A stretch of 64,000 nt of DNA from an uncultured Pirellulaceae bacterium. Lineage in GTDB: Bacteria > Planctomycetota > Planctomycetia > Pirellulales > Pirellulaceae. Position 1 is the stretch's first letter, and every line of letters begins with the position of its first letter. The notes below the pieces were generated by a model that did not search any database, was not told the DNA's origin, and saw nothing but the letters and a program-made list of their open reading frames with translations. The DNA lies in NCBI GenBank assembly GCA_964522605.1, contig CAZFWV010000002.1:6519-70518 (forward strand), given 5' to 3'. Both the position numbers and the translations under genes were made by a program. Shown here piece after piece: positions 15,741-24,374 of the stretch.

Positions 15741-18335
15741 CTACAGTAGATCGTCGTCCGGCAGGGCGATGCGGATGTCAAACGGTTCGTAACGGATGGA
15801 CTTCAACGCCTGAACTTCGCTGATGCACAGGGCACGTCGAGGTGTTACTTTGTATCTCACATAGCGGGCGGACACTGGTGCTTCCGGAATTCGTTCATAG
15901 TTCCATGCTCGCGCCGTCTCTTCGTCGGTGATGAAGTGATTGATTGGGATGTCCTTGCGCCACAGATTCAGATCGAACGTGCCATGGCTTCGATAGGTCT
16001 GCCCGTCCAGTGAAGTCAGTACTTCGACCTCATCTTGGACTTCGCCGCGCAGCGCATCCCACCACGGCCAGCCGGCGGTCAGGTGGATGCGGAACGCACC
16101 GATCGTCTCGGGACGGCCCATGTCGACTGTGATTTCCGGGTTGCCGCTTTTCGTGTCCCAGATCGCACCGCTGTGGGGTGCGATGCCGCCGGCGTAAGGT
16201 GGCCCGACAATTCCGTCGGTGAGTTTGGTGCCTTGCGGGTCGTCGCCTCCCCATTGACCGGTGGGAGGGGCCGAGACGGTATACGGCTTGCCTTCCAGGA
16301 GATTCGGTCCGTATGTGACCCAGCGGTCGACAAACCGCTCGCCGCCCACGTCCTTGCCGTCCGAATATCCATATTGGATGTCCGTTGCGTCGTTTGCGAG
16401 ATTGACTCGCAGTGAATGAACGATCGGGTGGTCGGTCCCACCGACGTTGATGGTGTACCGGGCGGGCGTCTTGTCGATACGCTGAGTGTGACTGCGTTGG
16501 ACGAGCGAGCGGTCCGGTTGCACCTCACTCCAAGCAAACGTCACCTCCATGGGTTGCGACCTCGCAGCGACCGGCGTATGGTTGACTTCCATCCGAACGC
16601 CGTAAATGCCGCAAGCGCTGGGACCCGCCTCACGGGCGTTCAAGCTGTACTTCATCAGCACCGATTGGGTGCCGGCCGGAACTGTATCGACCTTCTCGTA
16701 TCGGATCACGTCCCACGGTGGTTTTGTGTCGGTCAGACGATACGTCTCTGTCCATGTTTGCCCGTTGTCAAACGAGTGCGAAAGCCAAATGTTGGCGTCG
16801 GGTGCGCGATTGTAGAACCGACCGCCGTAGGTGACCTGTGTGATGTCTTGCGGTGCGTCGATCCGATAGACGACGTAGGCATCTTTCTTCGCGCGGGCCG
16901 CGTGCATCACTCCCAGGTAGCCCGGATGCTCGTCTTGCGTGGCAACGTTGTGCTCCTCGACCACGTACGATTTATATTTCGACCCCTGCAAATCAGGCCA
17001 GAAGACGATGGAATCGGTCTGCTCGCCCAGCCCCACGTGGACCGTGTTCTTGCCAAGTCGCAGTTGGGGCTGCGTTTTGCTGTTCAGCATCGTGTTCGTT
17101 TCGATCTTCAGATCCTTCAGCAGCACCTGATCCACTGCTCGTGATGCCTTCATTGTCACCTTGACCAGTATTTCGTAGGCGCCGTTCACGACCTCCACCA
17201 AATCCAAGTGAGCCGAAACATTGCCGGTCTCGTCGGCCGTCCAGACGTCTTGCCAGACCAGCCCATTCGTGGTGCTGATTGAAATTCCGGCCCGATCGCT
17301 GTCAGATTGCCGATGGAAGTTGGCGTGGACGTTCATGCTGGTCGTCACGTTCGCCGAGTTGATTTTGAAGATCGCTTCGGCGGGCATTTGCGGTTTGACC
17401 GGTTGCAGCCCGCCGGAGGCAAGGGCACGGATGTTGGAAGCACGTTCCATCGACCGTTCAAACTCGGTCGGCGTGAGACCTGGCTGAAACACCCACACAC
17501 CGTTTCCGCGGATGCGATAACGCTCATTGACGGATTCCGGGTCTTTACCGTTGTTGGGAACGAAGTATTCCGGTTCTTCTCCCCGGCTTCGATAGTAGCG
17601 CGTGTAGGTTTCACCCGGCCGCAAGTTGAGAATGTAGCGGTGTCCCCAATCCCAATTGTGGTAGTACTCGCGGTGCTTCAAGCCAGAAGGCTTGAAACAA
17701 CGATACTCCTCCGCTAAATCCCGTGGGCAGTCGGCCCCGGTCAAGAATCCATTGTTGCTGGTTGCGTTCAAGCAGTGGTACTTAGCGATGTGTCCCGGTT
17801 CGACCTTTCCTCCGGATGCGGTACATGCGCCGTCTTTACCCACATCCTCGACACCAGCGATGGTTACGCCATCGCACAGGGTGTAGAGAGCCGACATGGA
17901 ATTATCGTAGATGTGCCAACGACCCTCATGAAAACACTCCGAGACCGTATGCTGCGAGATGTCCCAGAATCGGACATCCATTCCCATGTGGTGCCAGATC
18001 GCGCAGTTTGCACCGGCAATGGTACTGCACATCATGTATCCGTAGTCGTTGAATTGCCGGATTGGGTCGGTCAACTCCTGGCCATGCAAGATCATTGGTG
18101 CCGTCTGACGGCGGGCGATGTGATTCCAATAGAACACGGCCCAACACCGCTCTGCCGGTGTCGACCACTTCGACGTGGTGCTGTGGATCATACTCTCCAG
18201 ATCGGAATAGTCCGGGTTGGCGTCCGTAACGACTTTGACGTTGTAGACCTGGGCGAGAGTTAGGCCAGGCAGACCCAGACCGAGGATCAGAGAGACGACA
18301 AACGGCATCGCACGAAGTCGATCGAATGCCTTCAT
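15741..18335 (-). CDS. Secreted 864-aa protein with an N-terminal transglutaminase-like Cys-His-Asp core and a C-terminal F5/8 type C (discoidin) domain; paralog of 41654-44413
   Basis: It has a signal peptide (MPFVVSLILGLGLPGLTLAQV). The core reads YGYMMCSTIAG ... QHTVSECFHEGRWHIYDNSMS. The discoidin-like C-terminus reads LTDGIVG...ARYVRYKVTPRRALCISEVQAL. The protein is collinear with the 919-aa protein. Confidence 0.8.
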   Translation of the reverse strand: MKAFDRLRAMPFVVSLILGLGLPGLTLAQVYNVKVVTDANPDYSDLESMIHSTTSKWSTPAERCWAVFYWNHIARRQTAPMILHGQELTDPIRQFNDYGYMMCSTIAGANCAIWHHMGMDVRFWDISQHTVSECFHEGRWHIYDNSMSALYTLCDGVTIAGVEDVGKDGACTASGGKVEPGHIAKYHCLNATSNNGFLTGADCPRDLAEEYRCFKPSGLKHREYYHNWDWGHRYILNLRPGETYTRYYRSRGEEPEYFVPNNGKDPESVNERYRIRGNGVWVFQPGLTPTEFERSMERASNIRALASGGLQPVKPQMPAEAIFKINSANVTTSMNVHANFHRQSDSDRAGISISTTNGLVWQDVWTADETGNVSAHLDLVEVVNGAYEILVKVTMKASRAVDQVLLKDLKIETNTMLNSKTQPQLRLGKNTVHVGLGEQTDSIVFWPDLQGSKYKSYVVEEHNVATQDEHPGYLGVMHAARAKKDAYVVYRIDAPQDITQVTYGGRFYNRAPDANIWLSHSFDNGQTWTETYRLTDTKPPWDVIRYEKVDTVPAGTQSVLMKYSLNAREAGPSACGIYGVRMEVNHTPVAARSQPMEVTFAWSEVQPDRSLVQRSHTQRIDKTPARYTINVGGTDHPIVHSLRVNLANDATDIQYGYSDGKDVGGERFVDRWVTYGPNLLEGKPYTVSAPPTGQWGGDDPQGTKLTDGIVGPPYAGGIAPHSGAIWDTKSGNPEITVDMGRPETIGAFRIHLTAGWPWWDALRGEVQDEVEVLTSLDGQTYRSHGTFDLNLWRKDIPINHFITDEETARAWNYERIPEAPVSARYVRYKVTPRRALCISEVQALKSIRYEPFDIRIALPDDDLL

Positions 18336-18469
18336 CGTTTAGGTCCCTTTCGTAAATCGACCCAGGTATCGAACCGAATTGCTGATCGACACTTTATATC
18401 TCTTTCTGCGGTCGAACCACAGAAGGACCACATTACCCCCATTCGACTCATCTCCGTACCACGGAGACC

Positions 18470-19669
18470 TCAATGTGGCACGGACAAGATGCGAAAGTAC
18501 TGCGCCTTGGAAGCAGGCAAGACCGATTCACCGTACAGCAGCCTTGCGACCTCTTGGGGTAAGTCCGTTTCAATCAAGTCGGCTCCGGCCTTCAGTAGCA
18601 TGCGGTAGTCTTGCCCGACTTCTGTCGCGTGGCCACTCCCGTTGACCGCAAGCTGTCGATCCAGGTTTCTGGATGTGCCGACCATGCAGCAGGTTCCCTT
18701 GGCCTGGATCATCCGCATCAGTTGTACGTCGGTGGGTGGCGAGTGACCGATGAAGGCCACGATGTTTTTCCACGGGACACCCGTCTTGTCGAATTGCTCG
18801 AACTTGCTGCGATCCGGAATCATCACTTCCATCATGATGTTCTTGTTCAACTCGTAGCATGTCTGAGCATCTCTGAAACTGTAGACGATGAGCATTGCGT
18901 ACGACTCGGCCCCGTGCTCCTCAATCTTCTTGACCCGCGCTTCGACGGGTACATCCTTTTGGTCAAGTACAACAACCGTCTTTCCCCGTGCCCACTGCAA
19001 CACTTCGTCAAGCGTAGGAACCTTGAGTTCGGTAACCGCTGCACGGGGGTCTTTCAGACGCAGTTCCTTTAGCTCTTGCAGAGTCCAATCTGCGACGCGG
19101 CCCCGGCCTGTCGTGGTCCTTTCGAGTGTCTCGTCATGATGGATGACGATTTCACGATCCTTCGTGTAACGAGGATCGACCTCCATAATGGCGTACGTGT
19201 GTCGGAGCGTGTTCTCGAATGTCGCGATGCAATTCTCCGGGTATCCCGGCTTCGCGCCGCCCCGGTGCGCGCTAACCACGGGCATCTGCTGTCCGGTGTA
19301 TTGAAACAGTGTGCGCAGGTCTTCGGACGTCTGGAGATTGAGCGTATAGAGTCGTGAAGCCGCCGACGATCTCTGCAGGCGATCCGGAGGCGATGCTACC
19401 TTCGGCTCCGACAAGACTTCTTCAACCACCTGGGCGTGCTCCCCAAACAAAGCAGTAGTGCCTCGTTCGTGGGAAAACCTCTCATGCACCATCTTCATAG
19501 CCGGAACCCAAACCTTGGCGCCAGCCCAGGCATCTGCACCCTGTGCCGCCGCCCACGTGCAGCACCACGCAAAAAGAAGGATCGTCGCCGCTCCAACCAA
19601 CAACCCATTCCGGGCAGCGTTGGTCCTGTGAGAGTGAAAACAAGTTCGCGTCATGGTTGTTACTCCCAC
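18470..19669 (-). CDS. Glycerophosphodiester phosphodiesterase (GDPD) family protein, secreted or membrane-anchored
   Basis: VSAHRGGAKPGYPENCIATFENTL...MEVDPRYTKDREIVIHHDETLERTT matches the GDPD HR(G)...E-x-D...H-D catalytic pattern. There is an N-terminal hydrophobic segment. Confidence 0.85.
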   Translation of the reverse strand: MGVTTMTRTCFHSHRTNAARNGLLVGAATILLFAWCCTWAAAQGADAWAGAKVWVPAMKMVHERFSHERGTTALFGEHAQVVEEVLSEPKVASPPDRLQRSSAASRLYTLNLQTSEDLRTLFQYTGQQMPVVSAHRGGAKPGYPENCIATFENTLRHTYAIMEVDPRYTKDREIVIHHDETLERTTTGRGRVADWTLQELKELRLKDPRAAVTELKVPTLDEVLQWARGKTVVVLDQKDVPVEARVKKIEEHGAESYAMLIVYSFRDAQTCYELNKNIMMEVMIPDRSKFEQFDKTGVPWKNIVAFIGHSPPTDVQLMRMIQAKGTCCMVGTSRNLDRQLAVNGSGHATEVGQDYRMLLKAGADLIETDLPQEVARLLYGESVLPASKAQYFRILSVPH

Positions 19670-20363
19670 CTACTGCCAGCGAAAGAATCGATCGGGATCG
19701 TGTCATTCTTCCGACGAATCAACGTACGCGTCCGTTTGCCAACGTGAGGGCTTTGGTCAACTTTACGTTCGGCCGCATTATTCGACGCGGAGCGTCGCAG
19801 CGTCCGTTAGTCTAATCGAGCGCGCAAGATTGTGTCGAGCGGCATTGTTTTGCAGGTAGCCCGCAAGAGTGATGGTGGAGTTTGGTGTAAGATGCGTGCA
19901 GATCTTCACGGATGCGGTGCGGAAGACGGCGACAATCCGGACGTCCGGGGCGGATCTACCTAACCGCCCGTTTTCGCTGAAGAGTCTCGGCGCGAAATTC
20001 GCCAAACAGGTTGCGATCCTTGCCTGCGAACCACCCGAAATCCCAGGAGCCGACGCCTGCTGCCGCACGAACGGAGAGTTCATCCGGTTCGCATTTGAGG
20101 AGCAACTGCCTGGGCCTCGGCGGCCAATTCGCGGACGCTGGCGAGGCATCCCGTTGTTTCACCATGCTTCCCGGTTTAGATTCAACGCTGTCCGCGGAGA
20201 TCAGAGTTTCGATTATTGATGATGACGCAGCGAATGTGCCAGGACGAGAGACTGGAGTCCGGCAGTCAGCGACTTTGCGTCGCTTCATGAGGATCTTTGG
20301 TTGCGCCGCAGTGAATAGACCTCGCAAGACCAACGCCAACGTGAACCCCGGGGCCACCACGCC

Positions 20364-22232
20364 ATGAACGCGCGAAACCTTTGCAATTTGCTTATCGCCC
20401 TGACCCCCATAGTCGTCTTCGCAGCGCCCACTCTCGCTGCCGAGAAGCAAGAACGGCCGAACATCGTGTGGCTCGTTTCCGAGGACAACTCGACGCACTT
20501 CATGCGCCTGTTTGACAAAAACGGGGCACCGGCGCCGGCGATCGAGGCGCTTGCCAAGCATGGGCTGGTCTACGAGCACGCGTTCTCTTGTGCCCCGGTA
20601 TGCTCAGCCGCCCGGTCGACACTCGCCACCGGCTGCTTCGGCCCGCGAATCTTCACACACTTCCACCGCAGGGAGGTCGTCGTCCCGATGCCCGAAGGCT
20701 TGCAGATGTTCCACGGCTATCTGGCCGATGCCGGATACTACACGGCGAACAACAAGAAGACCGACTACAATGCCGAGACGGGCGGGGCGCGTTGGATGGG
20801 GAATAAGACGTGGCGCGCTCGCAAGCCCGGTCAACCGTTTTTTTACTTCCAGAGCATCGGTACGACTCACGAAGGCCGTCTCCACTTTCCCGAATCGGAC
20901 ATCGGCAGCCAGCCCACGCAGACGGATCCGGCAGCCGTCTTCGTTCCGCCGATCCATCCGAAGACCGAGATCTTTCGCTATACGTACGCTCGTGAGCATG
21001 ACAACATCATGCGGATGGACGGCGAGGTGGGCGCGATCGTCGCTGAGTTGGAGAAGGACGGGCTGCTCGAGGACACGTTCATCTTCTACTTCGGTGACCA
21101 TGGCGGCGTCTTGGCGGGCAGCAAGGGATATGCGTGGGAGACCGGCCTGCATGTGCCACTGGTCGTTCGCGTGCCGGAGAATTTCCAGCACCTGGTGCCG
21201 CACGAACTCGGCTCGCGCGTCGGCGCGTTCGTCAGCTTCATCGATTTTGGCCCGACCGTGCTCAACCTCGCGGGGATCGACGTCCCCGAACCGATGGACG
21301 GCCGGCCGTTCCTCGGCGAGGGGGTAACGAACGCCGACCTCGAACGTCGCGACGTGGTGTACGGTCACGCCGATCGTTTCGATGAAAAATACGATTTCGT
21401 TCGTACCGCCCGCAAAGGCAAGTACAAATACATGCGAAGCTACCAGCCGTTCAACTTCGATGGCATTCAGAACGACTATCGTTATCTGATGGCTGCCTAC
21501 CGTGAGTGGCGGTCGCTGCACAACGCCGGCAAGCTCAACGAGATTCAGGACCGGTTCTTTCTGCCGCGCGCTCCCGAAGCCCTGTATGATGTGGAAAGCG
21601 ACCCGTACGAGACGAAGAACCTCGCCAAGGACCCCGCGTATGCTGAGACGCTGGCCGACATGCGCCGCGTGCTCAATGATTGGGTCCGGGGGATGCCCGA
21701 CCTGAGCTTCTATCCGGAATGCTACCTGGCCGCAAATGCGAAGAGCAACCCAGTGAAGTTCGGCCAGGAGCACAAGGACGAGATTGCAGCGCTGCTGGAA
21801 ACGGCCGACCTTCAACTGGTCAACATCGAGAAGGCGGCTCCCGCCATCCAGACTGCGCTTTCTGACGTCGATCCATGGCGACGTTACTGGGGTTTGATCG
21901 TCTGCAGTAGCCACGGCGAAGCGGCGAAACAGTTTGTCGGGAAGGCGAAGGAGTTAGCGGCAGGCGACTCCGAACCGCTCGTAATGGCCCGGGCCGCGCA
22001 GTTCCTCGCGATCCTCGGCGTAGCAGACCCGCAGGAAAGTTTCGTCACCGCACTGGCGAAGTCGACCGATCGGATCGAAACGAATCTGATCCTCAACATG
22101 GCCGTTCAAATCCAAGACGGCGGATTCGGCTATACGTTCGATTTCTCCGACGCAAAGATCGTCCGCGAGGGGCGATATGTCAACGCCCGCTTGAAGTACC
22201 TGGCATCGAGGGGCGATTCTACCGCGTTGTGA
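20364..22232 (+). CDS. Sulfatase (formylglycine-dependent arylsulfatase family) with a C-terminal helical extension
   Basis: It has a signal peptide and RPNIVWLVSEDNS. The modification motif C-S-A-A-R in APVCSAARSTLATG matches the C/S-x-P/A-x-R pattern. GDHG and the LYDVESDPYETKNLA box are typical of sulfatases. Confidence 0.9.
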   Translation: MNARNLCNLLIALTPIVVFAAPTLAAEKQERPNIVWLVSEDNSTHFMRLFDKNGAPAPAIEALAKHGLVYEHAFSCAPVCSAARSTLATGCFGPRIFTHFHRREVVVPMPEGLQMFHGYLADAGYYTANNKKTDYNAETGGARWMGNKTWRARKPGQPFFYFQSIGTTHEGRLHFPESDIGSQPTQTDPAAVFVPPIHPKTEIFRYTYAREHDNIMRMDGEVGAIVAELEKDGLLEDTFIFYFGDHGGVLAGSKGYAWETGLHVPLVVRVPENFQHLVPHELGSRVGAFVSFIDFGPTVLNLAGIDVPEPMDGRPFLGEGVTNADLERRDVVYGHADRFDEKYDFVRTARKGKYKYMRSYQPFNFDGIQNDYRYLMAAYREWRSLHNAGKLNEIQDRFFLPRAPEALYDVESDPYETKNLAKDPAYAETLADMRRVLNDWVRGMPDLSFYPECYLAANAKSNPVKFGQEHKDEIAALLETADLQLVNIEKAAPAIQTALSDVDPWRRYWGLIVCSSHGEAAKQFVGKAKELAAGDSEPLVMARAAQFLAILGVADPQESFVTALAKSTDRIETNLILNMAVQIQDGGFGYTFDFSDAKIVREGRYVNARLKYLASRGDSTAL

Positions 22233-23244
22233 AAATGACATCTTCACGAGAGGTGCCCATCTTCACGTGATTGAAGTACGCAATGTAGGTCCTCGCAGAG
22301 TCGTCTCGGTACAACCCGAATTTGAAATACGGTCCGAGATCGTCGTTGTATCCGACAGGGCCTGAGTAGTTCACAACCTGCTGATCGTTCCACCAAACAT
22401 TCACCTGTCCATCTTCCCGATAGGACCACCGGGCCTGCACGACGAAATCGTTCCAGACTCCCAACGGAAAACGTTCTGTATCGAAGAGAGTCATCGAGCA
22501 TGCGTCGCTGGGATTCCACACAATCCGGTCGGCACTGTGACGGATCGTGATGAAGAAACGGCCCCTCGAGAACCGAAACGCCAGCGCTGGGCTGCGGGAG
22601 GGCTCGCCCAGGTACTTCTTGTCGGCGCCATGCCACTGGGCCAAAACGAGTCGGTTGTTTTCGATGGGGAAATCTTCCGGCAGCAACAGACTGAACGAAT
22701 ACCAGCGTTCTGTACCCACCGGCGGAAAGTCCCTGGCATTCACTTCGGAACGAAAGCTCGTCTTTCCAAAGAGATCGCAGTACTGCTCTCCTTCACGGAG
22801 TTCAAACCGGACTGAGTCGATCCCATCGCGTTGGACATGGGAAACGCTGGCGATCGAATAGGGCTTTCCCGGCGACTGGGAGCCCCACGCGAATTGCAGT
22901 GGTTTCATCCATTCTGCACTTACGTTCACTTGCGGTTGCGGCGTCCCGAAACCCATCGATACGTAAGCCCAAGCAAGAAGCACGATGACATGGCCGACCA
23001 CGAGAAATTCCACAACGGCAAGCCACAGCAAACGGAGTCGCCAACTAGCCGGCGCCGTGAGTGCTGCGGAGGCAGTCAATAGGACAGCAAGAGTGAAGGA
23101 AATAGCGAAAGAAATCACTGATCCGCGGAACCCGGGGAACAATTCGTACAGCAGCACAGTCGATCCCAGCCAAAGACTCGGCAGCATGAGTCCCACGCAG
23201 CCCAGAATCCATCTGCGGAGTCGGCCTGACATCGTCTTACCCAT
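22219..23244 (-). CDS. Membrane-anchored polysaccharide-lyase-like (heparin-lyase-I / concanavalin-like fold) protein
   Basis: Three predicted N-terminal TM helices are followed by ...SVRFELREGEQ...SEVNA...WYSFSLLLPEDFP...VLAQWHG...SPALAFRF...KFGLYRD, the pattern of the Polysacc_lyase (PF14099-type) family as I recall it. Confidence 0.65.
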   Translation of the reverse strand: MGKTMSGRLRRWILGCVGLMLPSLWLGSTVLLYELFPGFRGSVISFAISFTLAVLLTASAALTAPASWRLRLLWLAVVEFLVVGHVIVLLAWAYVSMGFGTPQPQVNVSAEWMKPLQFAWGSQSPGKPYSIASVSHVQRDGIDSVRFELREGEQYCDLFGKTSFRSEVNARDFPPVGTERWYSFSLLLPEDFPIENNRLVLAQWHGADKKYLGEPSRSPALAFRFSRGRFFITIRHSADRIVWNPSDACSMTLFDTERFPLGVWNDFVVQARWSYREDGQVNVWWNDQQVVNYSGPVGYNDDLGPYFKFGLYRDDSARTYIAYFNHVKMGTSREDVIFTTR

Positions 23245-23469
23245 CGGAGTCCGTGTCGAAAAAATGGCGAACCGAAGAGTCGTGGAAGTGCTCCTCCTTG
23301 ATGGCGTCTTCAGCAGCTGTCCATGCCGCGTTCATTCGACACCACAATTTCGGCCTCGAACCGAGCAACTCTTCTCGGAAAACACACAGAATCGTAACAC
23401 AGTCTTGACGCGGCTGGTGAATGATAGAGGGACTGAGCGGTTTCGTTCTGATCGGTAAGGATTCGCCAC

Positions 23470-23895
23470 GTGCAGACGTACCAGTTTTTTACGATCGAGA
23501 ATCACGGAGATGTCACCCTCGCACGCGCGGTTGACACGCACCTTCAGGGGTTAGCACAGGCCGAGTTTGTCAAGGAAGAACTGATCCAGATCATGCAGTT
23601 GACGGCTCGCCGGCTGGTGATTGACCTCCAAAATGTCAGGATGATCTCGTCTGCGGTGATTTCTGCTCTGCTCGTCGTCAAAGGCCGGGCAGTCAACGAA
23701 GGCAAGCAGCTCAGCGTGACCATGACCGATTCGTTACGGGCTGTTTTTAGCACGTTGAATCTGGATGGGACTGTCTTCCAGATCCACTCGACAACCACAC
23801 AAGCGCTGGAAGGTGTGGCACGTTCGAATTCATATTTCGATATCTGCGGTGAAATGAGTCCTCCGGACGAGGAAGCTGACTTGAGCGTCAGCTGA
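23470..23895 (+). CDS. STAS-domain protein (anti-sigma-factor antagonist family)
   Basis: 141 aa. The layout ...HGDVTLARAVDTHL...AEFVKEELIQIM...RRLVIDLQNVRMISSAVISALLVV...LSVTMTDSLRAVFSTLNLDGTVFQIHST is typical of SpoIIAA-like STAS proteins. The start codon is GTG. Confidence 0.75.
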   Translation: MQTYQFFTIENHGDVTLARAVDTHLQGLAQAEFVKEELIQIMQLTARRLVIDLQNVRMISSAVISALLVVKGRAVNEGKQLSVTMTDSLRAVFSTLNLDGTVFQIHSTTTQALEGVARSNSYFDICGEMSPPDEEADLSVS

Positions 23896-24057
23896 TCGCT
23901 TTGGAAGGGTTTGCCTTCACGCTTGATTCCTGCTGCGACCGTAGCGTAGATGCTACTTCTCGGACGACGGTGTGCGACGTGCTGACCTAGCAGCCGGTTG
24001 GCGATTCAGCTTTGAGTGACGGCGTGCAGCGCATCGTCCGGCACACCCATCAAGAGA

Positions 24058-24086
24058 TTGACATTCTAAATCAAGATTGGGATATT
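24058..24086 (+). promoter_or_regulatory. Candidate sigma70-type promoter (TTGACA, 17-nt spacer, GATATT) about 290 bp upstream of the 1357-aa gene
   Basis: ttgaca (24058-24063), a 17-nt spacer and gatatt (24081-24086) lie in an AT-rich island. A perfect 9-bp stem (24103-24111 / 24118-24126) follows in the putative leader. Confidence 0.3.
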
Positions 24087-24374
24087 GAACGCGGTTCTGC
24101 TCCCGACGGCAGCCGATTGCCGTCGGATTCCCACTTTGAGTCCCGCCGAGTTGCGATGTGAAAGCCAAGGATTGCTGTCTAGGCTTCTGGACCTGGAGTT
24201 CCTTTTCAGGCCCTGGTCAATTGCCTGCCCAGGAATCACACCCGCCGCGCAAGCTAGAACATGAGACCGGTTGCCGATCCAAGGCGAAGCCTGTAGATCG
24301 TAATTCAACTCCAACCTACCCCCTATACGGTTCTCGCCAGGCAAAGCCTGACCCACCACGCTGGGAGCACCACG

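Noticed and set aside
19778-20579. ORFs 19778-20149 (-), 19869-20219 (+) and 19956-20579 (-) in the long GDPD/sulfatase intergenic region
   Set aside because: They overlap each other, and the last overlaps the sulfatase start. The translations are Arg/Pro/Ser-rich without motifs or signal peptides. They were kept only as a note that the region is unusually long.
20604-21914. 436-aa ORF on the minus strand
   Set aside because: It lies entirely antisense to the well-supported sulfatase gene. Its translation is low-complexity and Arg/Gly/Val-rich with no motifs. Long antisense ORFs of this kind are typical of GC-rich DNA. The same reasoning applies to 46789-48216 (-), 28685-29788 (-), 27516-28283 (-), 1857-2681 (-) and 54633-55478 (-).
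23904-23918. Small hairpins after the STAS gene (gaagg-gtttg-ccttc) and after the 1357-aa gene (gcgga-tttca-tccgc, about 28498-28512) as intrinsic terminators
   Set aside because: The stems are only 5 bp and are not followed by a T-run. This is too weak to call.
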